A DNA stretch of 64,000 nucleotides from an uncultured virus (IMG/VR IMGVR_UViG_3300037963_003458) (taxonomy: Duplodnaviria; Heunggongvirae; Uroviricota; Caudoviricetes): the IMG/VR virus record IMGVR_UViG_3300037963_003458; one strand, given 5' to 3'. The first letter of the stretch is position 1, and every line of letters begins with the position of its first letter. Shown here one piece after another: positions 1 to 9,608 of the stretch. The notes beneath the pieces were generated by a model. That model saw only the letters and a list, made by a program, of their open reading frames with translations, made no database searches and was not told the DNA's origin. Made by a program: the position numbers and the translations under genes.

Positions 1-931
1 TGTGTCCATTAGCATGTTCAATAGCAGCCTTTAATAGTGTCTGAACAGCGTGTTGAGTAGACGCGCCGCCTACGTTATAACCTACAGCAATTCCGGTAGC
101 TCCTGCTGGAACTGTTGCGGTAATACTGCCAGTAGCTTTTAAAGTAGCGCCGTTAACTACAGCTCCTAAGTGAGCTACACCACCGTCGCTTGTATCCGAA
201 ACAAAGTATCTAACCTTAGTGCCATCAGTACTGATAAGCTCAAAAAACTGACCAGCAGTTAAACCGTGTGCAGCATCACCATCAGCTGTAGCAATAGCAC
301 CAATAGCGCGTCCTTCTGAATCGCCAGTTCCCATTCGAGATTGTAGTTCAACAGCAATAGTAGAACTGTTATCTAAGTTACCTACTAAAGTTTCATATTT
401 TTTATTTTCTAAGTTTTCTCTAGTAGGGTTGTCAGTGTGGGCAACAGTAAACTCATAAATATCTTCAGCTAAACCATAAACATCTTTTCCATTTACAGTA
501 AGAGTTAAAGTTTGATTACCATTTCCAGTTCCAGAAAGAACAATAGAATCAAAGAAGTTAGGTCCAAAACCTGTATCTCCTTCTAAAGCTGCTTTTAATT
601 CAGTAAGCATTTCTGCCTGAGTTCCGTCATCAAAACCAAACCCTACAGCAATACCGCCAACATTAGCAGCAGTAGCGAGTGTATCTGGAGATCCACCATT
701 GTCTTTAAGAATTGAAGTAGCAGTAAGGACTGTACCTGTAGCTACTCCGTTTTCACTGGTGTCAGAAAGGACAAACTTTTTAATTTCTCCTCCATCAAAT
801 CCAAGACTAAAAGACTGGTTTACTGTATATTGATCTGCAGTACCTTGATCTCCATCATCTACAGTACAAGTTATAACAGTTGTACCTCTTACAGCAGCGT
901 CAATTGCTGCGTTAAAAGTAAAGGTTGTCAT
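1..931 (-). CDS. Partial virion structural or decoration protein (runs off the window edge; not in the ORF track)
   Basis: ATG at 931 follows the stop of the 934-1197 gene and the frame is open to base 1 (MTTFTFNAAIDAVRGTTV...). It is Gly/Thr/Ala-rich with an internal repeat of about 80 aa (FVLSDT...GIAVG...LKAALE / YFVSDT...GIAVG...LKAAIE). Confidence 0.7.
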   Translation of the reverse strand, partial: MTTFTFNAAIDAAVRGTTVITCTVDDGDQGTADQYTVNQSFSLGFDGGEIKKFVLSDTSENGVATGTVLTATSILKDNGGSPDTLATAANVGGIAVGFGFDDGTQAEMLTELKAALEGDTGFGPNFFDSIVLSGTGNGNQTLTLTVNGKDVYGLAEDIYEFTVAHTDNPTRENLENKKYETLVGNLDNSSTIAVELQSRMGTGDSEGRAIGAIATADGDAAHGLTAGQFFELISTDGTKVRYFVSDTSDGGVAHLGAVVNGATLKATGSITATVPAGATGIAVGYNVGGASTQHAVQTLLKAAIEHANGH

Positions 932-933
932 TA

Positions 934-1197
934 TTATTTCCTTTTTCGTTTTCCACCCGCACCTTGTCGGGCTCTATTTTTTGATTTAGATTCCATAACC
1001 ATACCGCCTCGCTTTGTATGCGAAAGATCTTTACCATCGCCATTTCCATAAGTGCCACGACGACGGTTTTCTTTGTTTAATTCAGAGCGGTATTGACGGC
1101 GCGATGCGGATTTATGATACGTCGTATCGTAACTCTTTTTCTTTTCGCGCGCCTTTTTATTTTTTCTATAATAGCGAGCGCTTTTACTAAGAGTCAC
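934..1197 (-). CDS. Small basic phage protein, possibly a degenerate HNH-like fold
   Basis: K/R-rich 87 aa with GKDLSH...NRARQG motif; overlaps the portal stop codon. Confidence 0.6.
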   Translation of the reverse strand: MTLSKSARYYRKNKKAREKKKSYDTTYHKSASRRQYRSELNKENRRRGTYGNGDGKDLSHTKRGGMVMESKSKNRARQGAGGKRKRK

Positions 1198-2837
1198 ATT
1201 GGACCTCCTTGCACAGGAGCAGCTCCACCTGCCATAACTTGTTCCATTACACCAGGCGCTAGTTGTTGAACAGCAGCACCAGCCGCTTGTCCCACACCTT
1301 GTCCAACACCTTGCGATATACCTTGAGCAGCGCCTTGACCAACAGAAGCACTAAGTTGCATTTCTTGTTGCTTGCGCATCTCTTCTTCTTGCTCCTGCCT
1401 AAGATCATCATCTGTTCTAACCCAGTTAGTAGGATCAAATCCTAAGGCGGATATTAAAGCTCGTCCGTATTCATCAAATTTAAAATACTGAACGGCTTGC
1501 TCAGGTAAGTTACGAACCATTTCACCCATTTGCATTAACTTCTGCAATTCAGTATCTCTACTTAAAGCTTGAAGTCCAGTTATAATGTCAAAGGATAGTC
1601 TTCCTTTTTCATCAAAAAACTCTTCTGATAATCTAGGATCTATATCATTAGACTCTAACATAAGAAAAATAGTTCTTTGAACCATAGGAACAAGCAAGTC
1701 TCTAGCAATAGAACTAAAAGCTCCGCCTAAAACTTGTTCTAATTCTTGTCCAATCATTCTGACTTCTGTAGCAGTAACTCGCTCTGCGTTTCTAATAGAA
1801 CCTCTGTTCATTAAGAAAGCTTCGCCAATTTCTCTACGCATCATCTCAACACTTTGTTGTGTTTGTTGAATTTGTGGATTCATTGTCTGAGCAGGAGAAA
1901 TAACATACATATCTTCTGCTCTGGCAGCTACCCACTCACCGTTTTGAGCCGAAGCTAAATCAGTAAGTTCAGTAACGCCTGTTGGAGATACTCCCATAAA
2001 GAAAGTAGAAGCAGCAGCCATTCCATTAATAAGACTTTCTGTATATGCTTCTAGTGTTTTTAGATCTCCAAAGACTTCTTCACACTTAGATCTGCCGTAG
2101 TTTTCACTTACTACAGAACTCCATCTTAAAACAGCATAAGGAAATACTTCAAAGATTCCTTCGTCAACTGTCTGCCCATTTTCGTCTTCTTTATAGCCGT
2201 GCCATCTGCCATCTTCTGCTAGAACATAACGACAATAAATTGTTTTAAAACCACTTCTAGTGTAATTACCATACCCAAAGCTATTATTAACATAGTCAGT
2301 AGGAAGAGGAGTCTCATCGGGAACAAACTCAAGATGAATAAACTCAATTAAATCTCCTACAACATCTCTAATAGCTACGTAATGATCAAAACGAATGCAT
2401 CTAAAAGTAAAATCTTCTTCGAGTTTTACAGCTACATCCCCTACTACTACTAAACTTTGCAGTGCTTGGAAAAAAGCTTCTCGTATGTTTTTACTTTTCA
2501 TTTTTTCGTATACTTGCATAGCCATAGAGTTAAGCAAATTACTAGTATCTATTTCAGGCTCTACACCCGACTTAAGATTAAAAGTAAAGAAGGGTAAATC
2601 GTTTAAAGGAATAAGAGCTGAAAGCATTCTAGAGCTTAAAGCAGTTACTCCTCTTGAACCGACCGAAGAATATGGTTGAGAAAGTTCGTATTCCTCAGAC
2701 CAGTTCTCAGGAGGTAACAAACTAGGTACAGTTAGAAGAGCACATTCTCTAGCTCTATCTAATTTAGAACGTCGTCTAGAATCTAGCTCAGAGAATCGAT
2801 CAGCAACACTGCCTTCGAGTTCACTAGCTAAGTTCAT
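1194..2837 (-). CDS. Portal (head-tail connector) protein, T7 gp8-like
   Basis: 547 aa with motifs ALLTVPSLLP, QPYSSVGSRGV, ENYGRS, RNAERVTATEVR and ELEQVLGG, typical of T7-like portals. Confidence 0.95.
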   Translation of the reverse strand: MNLASELEGSVADRFSELDSRRRSKLDRARECALLTVPSLLPPENWSEEYELSQPYSSVGSRGVTALSSRMLSALIPLNDLPFFTFNLKSGVEPEIDTSNLLNSMAMQVYEKMKSKNIREAFFQALQSLVVVGDVAVKLEEDFTFRCIRFDHYVAIRDVVGDLIEFIHLEFVPDETPLPTDYVNNSFGYGNYTRSGFKTIYCRYVLAEDGRWHGYKEDENGQTVDEGIFEVFPYAVLRWSSVVSENYGRSKCEEVFGDLKTLEAYTESLINGMAAASTFFMGVSPTGVTELTDLASAQNGEWVAARAEDMYVISPAQTMNPQIQQTQQSVEMMRREIGEAFLMNRGSIRNAERVTATEVRMIGQELEQVLGGAFSSIARDLLVPMVQRTIFLMLESNDIDPRLSEEFFDEKGRLSFDIITGLQALSRDTELQKLMQMGEMVRNLPEQAVQYFKFDEYGRALISALGFDPTNWVRTDDDLRQEQEEEMRKQQEMQLSASVGQGAAQGISQGVGQGVGQAAGAAVQQLAPGVMEQVMAGGAAPVQGGPM

Positions 2838-3292
2838 TTAGGTCTACCTCCGGCTCTGCCACCACTTGTTTTTGTTTTACCTTTAGAAGGTTTACTTCCA
2901 GATCCGCCATAGCTTGGAGGACTTTTATCGCCAGCTGTTAAACCACCGCCTGTTTCAGGACCATCCGAGCCCATTCCAGGAGTATTCTTAGCTAAACTAC
3001 CATAAAAGTCCATTACAAGATCTTTATCTTCATCTTTGTCAGCTTTATCTAAAGCATCTACTTCTTCAGTAACAGCTTGTTCTAAAGCTCCTAAAGCTTC
3101 TTCTTCTTTCTCTCGAAGACGAGTTTGTTTAGCTGCTTCAGCCTGCTCTCGCTGCAATCTCTTTTCTTCCATTTCTTGCATAAGAGCCATTTGTTTTTCT
3201 TCTTGCTGCGACATAAACTGCCGCTCTTCCATTTGAAGTTCACGGTATTCTGCTTGGGTCATACCGCCATCAATTGTTGGTCCTGCACCCAT
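2834..3292 (-). CDS. Hypothetical coiled-coil protein (pre-portal position; possible virion assembly protein)
   Basis: 152-aa ORF with GGAG RBS, coupled to the portal gene. Confidence 0.6.
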   Translation of the reverse strand: MGAGPTIDGGMTQAEYRELQMEERQFMSQQEEKQMALMQEMEEKRLQREQAEAAKQTRLREKEEEALGALEQAVTEEVDALDKADKDEDKDLVMDFYGSLAKNTPGMGSDGPETGGGLTAGDKSPPSYGGSGSKPSKGKTKTSGGRAGGRPK

Positions 3293-3303
3293 AATAATAT
3301 CTC

Positions 3304-4461
3304 CTATATTGGCCTATCTTCCGCAAAGGAGATCTTAGGCACTTTTCGTTTCTTAGGAACGCTAGCAAAAGCGCCAACGTTTTTCATAAAGTTCTCATCC
3401 AATTCACGTAGCTGCATTTGAATATCATCGCTAGATGCTTGGAGATTTTTAGCTGCAAAGTCTCTACCTTTAATTTGAGAAGCTATTGCAGATCTTTGAG
3501 TTTCTTCAGCAGACCTTCTTCTAAATTCGTCTTCAGCAGCAGCTCTTTCGTTAGCGCTTCTAATAGAACTTACTTTAGAAGTGAGATAAAAATCTCTTAG
3601 AGTATTCATTTGTTCTGCAGTAAAATCAGTAGCTGTTGTTCCAACACCTTCATAGGTATTTAATCTTGCAAGATCTTCTCTACTAATTCCTATTAAGTCG
3701 GCCATAACAGCATCGTCAATATCACGTTGACCCATACGAGTATCTTCAAAGCCGTACTTTTCAATCATGTCCTTAACAAAACCTTCTCTAATATATTCAC
3801 GAGCATTTGGAGTACTTGCGTTTGCAGCGTCTTGGTAATACTCTACTTCCCAGTCTTCCATTTGAGCCAAGCGATCTGGAGTAAAGAAATACGCCGCACT
3901 TAATTCTTGACGATATTTTCCTGCAGCTGCTTCATCATAAGTTGTTCCAAATTCAGCTGCATAAGCATCTCTTCGTTCTTGAATCTGTTGATCATACTTA
4001 GAGAGTATAGCCTCTTCATCAATTTCTATAGGCTTATAACCAGTCTCATCATAAGTTATTCTAGAACCTTTTGGCTCATAAAGAGCTTTAGATTTTGCTA
4101 AAGCAGCTTGTGCTTTTTGTAAGTTTTGTCTTCGTTGTTGTGTTTTAGCTACATATTCAGATAAACTTTTAGATTTGCCGCCTACTTTAGAAGCAGCAAT
4201 TGCAGCTACAGCTTCCATAGATTTTGCTTCAGCTTCTTTAAAAGATTCTTCAGCATCAAAAGCTATTTCATCTTTGAAGTTAGCACTAATAATATCTTTA
4301 GTGTACTCCATAGATTCAGTCTGACCTATTTTACCAAAACGTGACATTCTATTAGTCAATCTTTTAGTAAACTCATCAGCAATCCCAACACTCTGACCTT
4401 TATTACCCCGGCCTCTAAAGTAATCAAAGCTACCGCTGAAATCATTTAGGAATATAGACAT
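3304..4461 (-). CDS. Hypothetical helical protein
   Basis: 385-aa ORF in the operon with a TAATG coupling to the upstream gene; no recognisable motif. Confidence 0.65.
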   Translation of the reverse strand: MSIFLNDFSGSFDYFRGRGNKGQSVGIADEFTKRLTNRMSRFGKIGQTESMEYTKDIISANFKDEIAFDAEESFKEAEAKSMEAVAAIAASKVGGKSKSLSEYVAKTQQRRQNLQKAQAALAKSKALYEPKGSRITYDETGYKPIEIDEEAILSKYDQQIQERRDAYAAEFGTTYDEAAAGKYRQELSAAYFFTPDRLAQMEDWEVEYYQDAANASTPNAREYIREGFVKDMIEKYGFEDTRMGQRDIDDAVMADLIGISREDLARLNTYEGVGTTATDFTAEQMNTLRDFYLTSKVSSIRSANERAAAEDEFRRRSAEETQRSAIASQIKGRDFAAKNLQASSDDIQMQLRELDENFMKNVGAFASVPKKRKVPKISFAEDRPI

Positions 4462-4655
4462 TATTTCCTCTCCTGCTCACGGATCATAGCTTCTAAAATC
4501 ACAACAGTATCAAGCATCCCTTGGCGTCGAGCTAATTTTTCCCGAGTCTTGCTTGGGTTTTCTTCCTCGACGTACTCTATTTCCGGTATCCTGGTCTTTA
4601 GAACTTGGGGAAGACTCGGATCTACGAAGGCTTTCAATTTGTTGTTCAAGCTCAT
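4461..4655 (-). CDS. Hypothetical protein
   Basis: 64-aa ORF whose stop overlaps the next start; the start codon is uncertain. Confidence 0.45.
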   Translation of the reverse strand: MSLNNKLKAFVDPSLPQVLKTRIPEIEYVEEENPSKTREKLARRQGMLDTVVILEAMIREQERK

Positions 4656-4764
4656 TAATACGATCCACTAAATAATTAAGTACAGCGCGTTGTTCTCCTA
4701 TAGAAAGAGGAGATATACCGTTTCTAAGGCGCTTTAAAATATTTTCTAAATTTAAAAAAGACAT
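4510..4764 (-). CDS. Hypothetical protein
   Basis: 84 aa with GGAG RBS at 4771-4774; its 3' end overlaps the 4461-4655 ORF in another frame. Confidence 0.55.
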   Translation of the reverse strand: MSFLNLENILKRLRNGISPLSIGEQRAVLNYLVDRINELEQQIESLRRSESSPSSKDQDTGNRVRRGRKPKQDSGKISSTPRDA

Positions 4765-4774
4765 TGTGTTCTCC

Positions 4775-4820
4775 AGATTAGATCAAAAAATAGCTAAATC
4801 CCTGTAAAAGGACCTAGCTA
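4775..4820 (-). terminator. Intrinsic terminator
   Basis: Minus strand hairpin TAGCTAGGTCC...GGGATTTAGCTA followed by TTTTTTGATCTAATCT. Confidence 0.65.
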
Positions 4821-4827
4821 TAAACTA

Positions 4828-5079
4828 TTATAGACCCTTGTTGGGTGTCATTTGTCCTTTTCCACGACCCATAGATTGAGTAGTCTTTGCTCCTTTTCGA
4901 ACCCTTCTTGGAGCCTTCTTCTTTTTAGGCGTATCTGTAGTAGCATATTTGTAAAGAGCCCTACCTACTTCTGCGGCTCCCATTGCAGGAGAAATAAGAC
5001 TTGCAACAGATGCAGGCATAGCTGCTTTTACAGCTCCACCTATACTCTTCTTCTTAGTTTTTGTTTTCTTTTTTGCCAT
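4828..5079 (-). CDS. Small basic hypothetical protein
   Basis: 83 aa, K-rich, AGGA RBS, flanked by two terminators. Confidence 0.6.
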   Translation of the reverse strand: MAKKKTKTKKKSIGGAVKAAMPASVASLISPAMGAAEVGRALYKYATTDTPKKKKAPRRVRKGAKTTQSMGRGKGQMTPNKGL

Positions 5080-5090
5080 TTTAATTTCCT

Positions 5091-5139
5091 AGATTAGATC
5101 AAAAAACAAGACCCTCTCTTAAAGAGAGAGAGAGCCTTG
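5091..5139 (-). terminator. Intrinsic terminator after RNR
   Basis: Hairpin CAAGGCTCTCTCT...AGAGAGGGTCTTG followed by TTTTTTGATCTAATCT. Confidence 0.7.
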
Positions 5140-5144
5140 CTATA

Positions 5145-7016
5145 TTAGTTTTCAGTAGTGTCTACAATTTCGCAAGCACCACCAGTACAAGCAAACATTT
5201 GTCCACTTGATGTAGTATCTTCTAACTCGTATTTACTAAGTAAAGACCAATCAACTACAGGCATTTTTGCTTCTAGTTCTCTGTATTGCTCTTCTGTAAT
5301 AGTTTCATACGGAGCTTGTTGGTATACATGGTCAGTTCTAGGTAAGAACGAAAGTCCTTGGGCAATATCCCAATACTTATTGTACAGACTAGCACCTAAT
5401 GCCATATATTCCTCAGGTTTATATGTAATTGTAACCGATGGATTGTGATCAGTATATAGTTGTTTTACTGTAGACCAGATATGTAACTGGCCTTCAGCAG
5501 AGTACTCGTTAACTGATCGATCAATTCCAATTGGAAACTCAAACACATAAGTATTAAGAGGGTTGTTGACACAAGGCGATCCAGGAATACCAGCATCTTT
5601 CATTAGCTGACACATAGGATCTTTTACGTCCATACGCACACGACGAATGTAGTATTGTGACCACCGCTCATGAATGCCGGAACTAGAATCAACAAGGCAA
5701 GAAACAGTACCACTGGGTTTTACTGTAGTAATAGCAGCTGGTTTGTTAATACCTAGTTGTACATAGTACTCTTCTGCTGTATCATGAGCAATAGAACGCC
5801 ACTCTTTGTACCGTTGTTCATTTGGTTTATAATCAGCAATACCAGTAAGAGAAACACCTAACAAGGCTTCTTCTTCAGTATTGTCAACCCACTTCTTACG
5901 AAGATAAGGGAACTTAGTACAAGTAGCTTGGATACATCCAATAATTGTAGCAGCTTTAATCTTATCTTTTATATGAGAAAGATCGTCTCCAGATCGAAGA
6001 ACTACTTCTGTTAAGTTACAAAACTGCATAGGACGTAGTGTAATTTCACCACAAGGGTTAGTACCAAAATGATGATTACCTCTACTTTTGTTTTGAGCGG
6101 CTTCTCTATTAAAGATTCCACGCTCACCTGAGTAGCTACGATAAATACGTAACCACTCTTCCATATACTCATCCATAGTAGGCTTGTTTGTGTAGACAGC
6201 CGAGTTATTAGCAAGGGCTCTGTGTGGATGAGCCTCCCACCAGTTGCCGCTCTTAGCATTAGCCATTTCATTATCATTCAGATCAGAAAGAGAAATCATA
6301 GCTGAACGGCGAACCCCGCCTACAATGACTGCATTTGCAATAACACAAGCCATATCATGAATCTCAATAGGCCTAAGCTTCCGGCCCCTAGCCCCGTAGA
6401 TTGTCTTGGTTAAGAACCTAAGACAATCTTCTAGGGGTTCAGGACCTGAGGCACGCCCTCCGAAGGTCTTAAGTCTAGCTCCAGCTGGGCGAATCTTGTG
6501 CAGTTCCCAAGTAGGATGCACTCCTTTAAGCAGGGAAACAAGCAAATGCTTTACAGCATCTGCCCACCCAGCTTTACTATCGCCTGCTACAACAAAGTTG
6601 TTATCGCATCGTTTAATTTCACTAGGAACCTCAGGCCACTTTTCAGTGACCCGAGATTCTACTGAGTACCCTACACCTGTACCATTCATTAGTACATATA
6701 GTAACTCTGCTAATGCAGTAGGACTATCTAGTTCTAAATAAGAACAGTTAAAGATGCATGTATTATCACGATCAGCAGCCGGTCCTGCAGTCATAAGAGA
6801 CCGCATACTAGGCATTACTTCTCTGTTTTCTACTAATACCTTTACAAAGTCAGGTACTTTTTCTAAACCATTGTTTGCAGCTTGTTTAGTTAACCAAGAC
6901 CACCAACGATTTACAGTCTCATCCCAAGTCTCTCTACGCCCTAGCTCTTCATTCCACCTAGAATATTTACTAAGATGGATGAACTTACTAAATTCAGACC
7001 AATCGTCAGGGTACAT
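5145..7016 (-). CDS. nrdJ: Class II (adenosylcobalamin-dependent, monomeric type) ribonucleotide reductase
   Basis: Motifs RRETWDETV, FNCSY, GTGVGYSV, GGVRRSA, TNPCGEI, FCNLTE, TTVKPSGTVS and C-terminal CTGGAC; no small-subunit gene nearby. Start placed at the ATG with a GGAG RBS. Confidence 0.93.
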   Translation of the reverse strand: MYPDDWSEFSKFIHLSKYSRWNEELGRRETWDETVNRWWSWLTKQAANNGLEKVPDFVKVLVENREVMPSMRSLMTAGPAADRDNTCIFNCSYLELDSPTALAELLYVLMNGTGVGYSVESRVTEKWPEVPSEIKRCDNNFVVAGDSKAGWADAVKHLLVSLLKGVHPTWELHKIRPAGARLKTFGGRASGPEPLEDCLRFLTKTIYGARGRKLRPIEIHDMACVIANAVIVGGVRRSAMISLSDLNDNEMANAKSGNWWEAHPHRALANNSAVYTNKPTMDEYMEEWLRIYRSYSGERGIFNREAAQNKSRGNHHFGTNPCGEITLRPMQFCNLTEVVLRSGDDLSHIKDKIKAATIIGCIQATCTKFPYLRKKWVDNTEEEALLGVSLTGIADYKPNEQRYKEWRSIAHDTAEEYYVQLGINKPAAITTVKPSGTVSCLVDSSSGIHERWSQYYIRRVRMDVKDPMCQLMKDAGIPGSPCVNNPLNTYVFEFPIGIDRSVNEYSAEGQLHIWSTVKQLYTDHNPSVTITYKPEEYMALGASLYNKYWDIAQGLSFLPRTDHVYQQAPYETITEEQYRELEAKMPVVDWSLLSKYELEDTTSSGQMFACTGGACEIVDTTEN

Positions 7017-7017
7017 A

Positions 7018-7524
7018 TTATTCTCCGGTCGAACCAAATCCTCCCGTATCACGGGATGTTACTGTTAGATCTTCAAAGTTACCTACTTGTTCCATTGGGA
7101 ACGGACAAACAGGAACAATAACAAGCTGTGCAATCTTTTTGCCAATATCTACAAGTTCTTCTTCAGCATCAAAACGATCTGCAATAAGCATAATCTCGCC
7201 TCGATAATCAGAATCAATGACGCCTACTGTGTTCTTAAGACGGAACCCGGCTACACCTGTGCTAGATCTGGGAATTAGTAGGCCAACATGTCCTCTAGGT
7301 AGTTCAATATGAACACCTGTATGGATCTTTAACTTGTCGTCTTCGACCTTAAAATCATCAATAAATAGATCTAAACCACCAGAACCAGCCGTGGATACCT
7401 TAGGCGTAGGAGCACCGGGGGTCATCCAAAAACGAATAGAAGGCATCTTCATATCAAACGAAGAAACCAAAGATTCCGTAGGATTAGTCATAGTAGTAGT
7501 ATCAACATTATATTCTTTTTCCAT
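7018..7524 (-). CDS. dut: Trimeric dUTPase
   Basis: Motifs GSGGLDL, PRSS, GVIDSDYRGEI, KIAQLV and RDTGGFGSTG. Confidence 0.95.
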   Translation of the reverse strand: MEKEYNVDTTTMTNPTESLVSSFDMKMPSIRFWMTPGAPTPKVSTAGSGGLDLFIDDFKVEDDKLKIHTGVHIELPRGHVGLLIPRSSTGVAGFRLKNTVGVIDSDYRGEIMLIADRFDAEEELVDIGKKIAQLVIVPVCPFPMEQVGNFEDLTVTSRDTGGFGSTGE

Positions 7525-7558
7525 TGTTCTCTCCTTGAAAGCTTAGTGTGCTTAGCTC

Positions 7559-8302
7559 TTAGTTTCTCTTAGACTCAGGCGTTAACGCCCATTGTGGAGA
7601 CCAGGGAATTACTTTATTAGATTCCTTATCCCACTCCTTAAATCTAAGAATACGGACACACCGAGCTTGAGCTATGCAATAATTATAATCAAGACCTTTT
7701 TCTTCGTAGGTCTTCATAACAAAAGGTGTTCTATTAGCAGCGGGCAAATCCTTCAAAAGTTTATCCGCCTTGACTTTACCAATTTTAGGTACACCTGGAA
7801 TGTTGTCGGTACTGTCTCCCATAAGCCATTGCTTATGAAACCAATAATCAGCTGTTTCTACAGAAACTAATTTGGGAAAGTCCATTTTCTCTGGATTCCA
7901 AAACCAGCCGGGACAAGTCATAAGATCTTTGTCTAGGCTAACGCCAATCATTGTCTTCGATCCCATACCAATGCCAATGATATCATCAGCCTCTAAACGA
8001 GGCCGCGTAACAGTCTTTTCTGTAGCAGTCAAAATTTTCTTGCATACAGGAAGAAGTTTAGGACTAGGTTTTCCAGTTCTGTTTTCTTTGTAAGAAGGCC
8101 AGAAATCTTTTCTAAAGTTATCTTTTCTAGAACAAGAAAATGCAAGAATACGTCTACTTAATCCTGGAGGTGTCCAATAGTTTACATCAAAAGATAGTCG
8201 TTCTTTTATGTCAGTTAAAGAAGCTGAGTTTGATTCTGCCCAACACGCTGCTTTATACGCAATAATATCTGCATCTAAAATAGCAATGTCAGGATTCGTC
8301 AT
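7559..8302 (-). CDS. 5'-3' exonuclease (T7 gp6-like)
   Basis: Motifs ILDADIIAY, FRKDFWPSYKENR, LEADD, SLDKDL and GDSTDNIPGVPKIG. Confidence 0.92.
   Translation of the reverse strand: MTNPDIAILDADIIAYKAACWAESNSASLTDIKERLSFDVNYWTPPGLSRRILAFSCSRKDNFRKDFWPSYKENRTGKPSPKLLPVCKKILTATEKTVTRPRLEADDIIGIGMGSKTMIGVSLDKDLMTCPGWFWNPEKMDFPKLVSVETADYWFHKQWLMGDSTDNIPGVPKIGKVKADKLLKDLPAANRTPFVMKTYEEKGLDYNYCIAQARCVRILRFKEWDKESNKVIPWSPQWALTPESKRN
7566..7590 (-). promoter_or_regulatory. Phage promoter-like repeat, class A, copy 1
   Basis: GGGCGTTAACGCCTGAGTCTAAGAG, found four times; this copy is upstream of dut and nrdJ. Confidence 0.75.
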
Positions 8303-9008
8303 CAGGAAACTCCTCAGGAATATCATCTAAAAACTTTTTAAGTTCAGCATCAATTTTATCTGAGTCAGGGGCTCGCATTTCGTACTGAGCTGTACAGCCT
8401 TCACATAAACAAGGGTCATTAGAAGAAAGAAATTTAATAAACGTTGTTGCCCAATAAGCAAGATTTTCTTCATCCTTATCGTTATGTACTACAAAATCAT
8501 AGCCATAAACTTCTTTTATAACTTGGTTGTCTTCTGTTTCTAATTTGTTTGCAATTTTTTCAGACTCATGATTTCTCCAGTCACCTGTAGGATCTTCTAT
8601 AGATCTTGAACCATGTTTCACAAACAGTAAAGAAGCATTTACTTTAGGAGACTTAAGTATTTTAATCTCGTTAGTATATCTTACATCGTCAACTAAATAA
8701 AGCGCAGGTCTTGACCCATACTTCATCTCATCTAAATGTTCTTCCAACATATCTTTGTACCAAAGCGAAACCCAATGATCATTATCTTCTGCGCGTTTTT
8801 CAGCACCTATTCTTTGACAATGTTCCCTGTACTTTTGGGGATCAGTATCTTTAGTATACCCAAGCTCTTCAGACACATATTTTTTCAAAGGCCCAGCAAA
8901 GGGCTTTACAAACACATCCCAGCCCAGCTTCTCAGCTGCGTCGTATAACTCTCTGCATAATCTTGATTTACCTGTACGAGCTTTACCGCTCAGGCCTATT
9001 ATAATCAT
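8289..9008 (-). CDS. Deoxynucleoside monophosphate kinase-like P-loop protein
   Basis: Motifs IIGLSGKARTGKS, FAGPLK, VDDVRYTNE and HESE. Confidence 0.85.
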   Translation of the reverse strand: MIIIGLSGKARTGKSRLCRELYDAAEKLGWDVFVKPFAGPLKKYVSEELGYTKDTDPQKYREHCQRIGAEKRAEDNDHWVSLWYKDMLEEHLDEMKYGSRPALYLVDDVRYTNEIKILKSPKVNASLLFVKHGSRSIEDPTGDWRNHESEKIANKLETEDNQVIKEVYGYDFVVHNDKDEENLAYWATTFIKFLSSNDPCLCEGCTAQYEMRAPDSDKIDAELKKFLDDIPEEFPDDES

Positions 9009-9426
9009 GCTTAAAGTACCTCAATAATTTTTCTGGGACAATAAGCTCAGGACATTCAATTCCATTTACACGTAGCGCATCAATGCACGCTACACTACAG
9101 CAAGAGGGACGTGGCCCGTATAAGTATTTCCACTTAATGACGGACCACGTACTCCCTCTTTTCTGCTTAGTGTATATAGGATCTTTAACCGAGCCTACAT
9201 AAATTTTGTTTTCCGGACTACGAACATACGTTCCTTTATACATACGAAACAAAGTTTCCGTGGGATACCACCCAGCCATTTTGTAGCATACATGTAAAGT
9301 ACGTTCGCCTATGGTAAGAGTACAGTGAGTTAATGACGATCCAGTCCCTAACCTTATCCATTTAGATCGCCAACCTTCTCCTGAATCTTCCCATACCGAA
9401 AACACTACTTCTCTTTCACTAGCCAT
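8983..9426 (-). CDS. Hypothetical protein, possibly a permuted papain-like (NlpC/P60 YaeF/YiiX-type) enzyme
   Basis: His-before-Cys arrangement: LTHCTL ... CCSVACIDAL ... VPEKL. Confidence 0.45.
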   Translation of the reverse strand: MASEREVVFSVWEDSGEGWRSKWIRLGTGSSLTHCTLTIGERTLHVCYKMAGWYPTETLFRMYKGTYVRSPENKIYVGSVKDPIYTKQKRGSTWSVIKWKYLYGPRPSCCSVACIDALRVNGIECPELIVPEKLLRYFKHDYNRPER

Positions 9427-9602
9427 CTTAGCATAAGCCTATTATTCCATCGCTGTCTTCGTTCAAAACAACCGCATTCAAAACCAGTTGATAAACTTAC
9501 TTTATGAACTAACCAAGAAATGCCTGTGTATTTTGTAATAAGATAAACTAAGTCTCCTAAACCTAGCCAACGATGTCCGTATTGAATTGGTTTGTTATTC
9601 AT
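9405..9602 (-). CDS. Small hypothetical phage protein with CGC motif
   Basis: GLGDLV...TGI...CGCFERRQRWN. Confidence 0.6.
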   Translation of the reverse strand: MNNKPIQYGHRWLGLGDLVYLITKYTGISWLVHKVSLSTGFECGCFERRQRWNNRLMLRWLVKEK

Positions 9603-9608
9603 GTGTTC

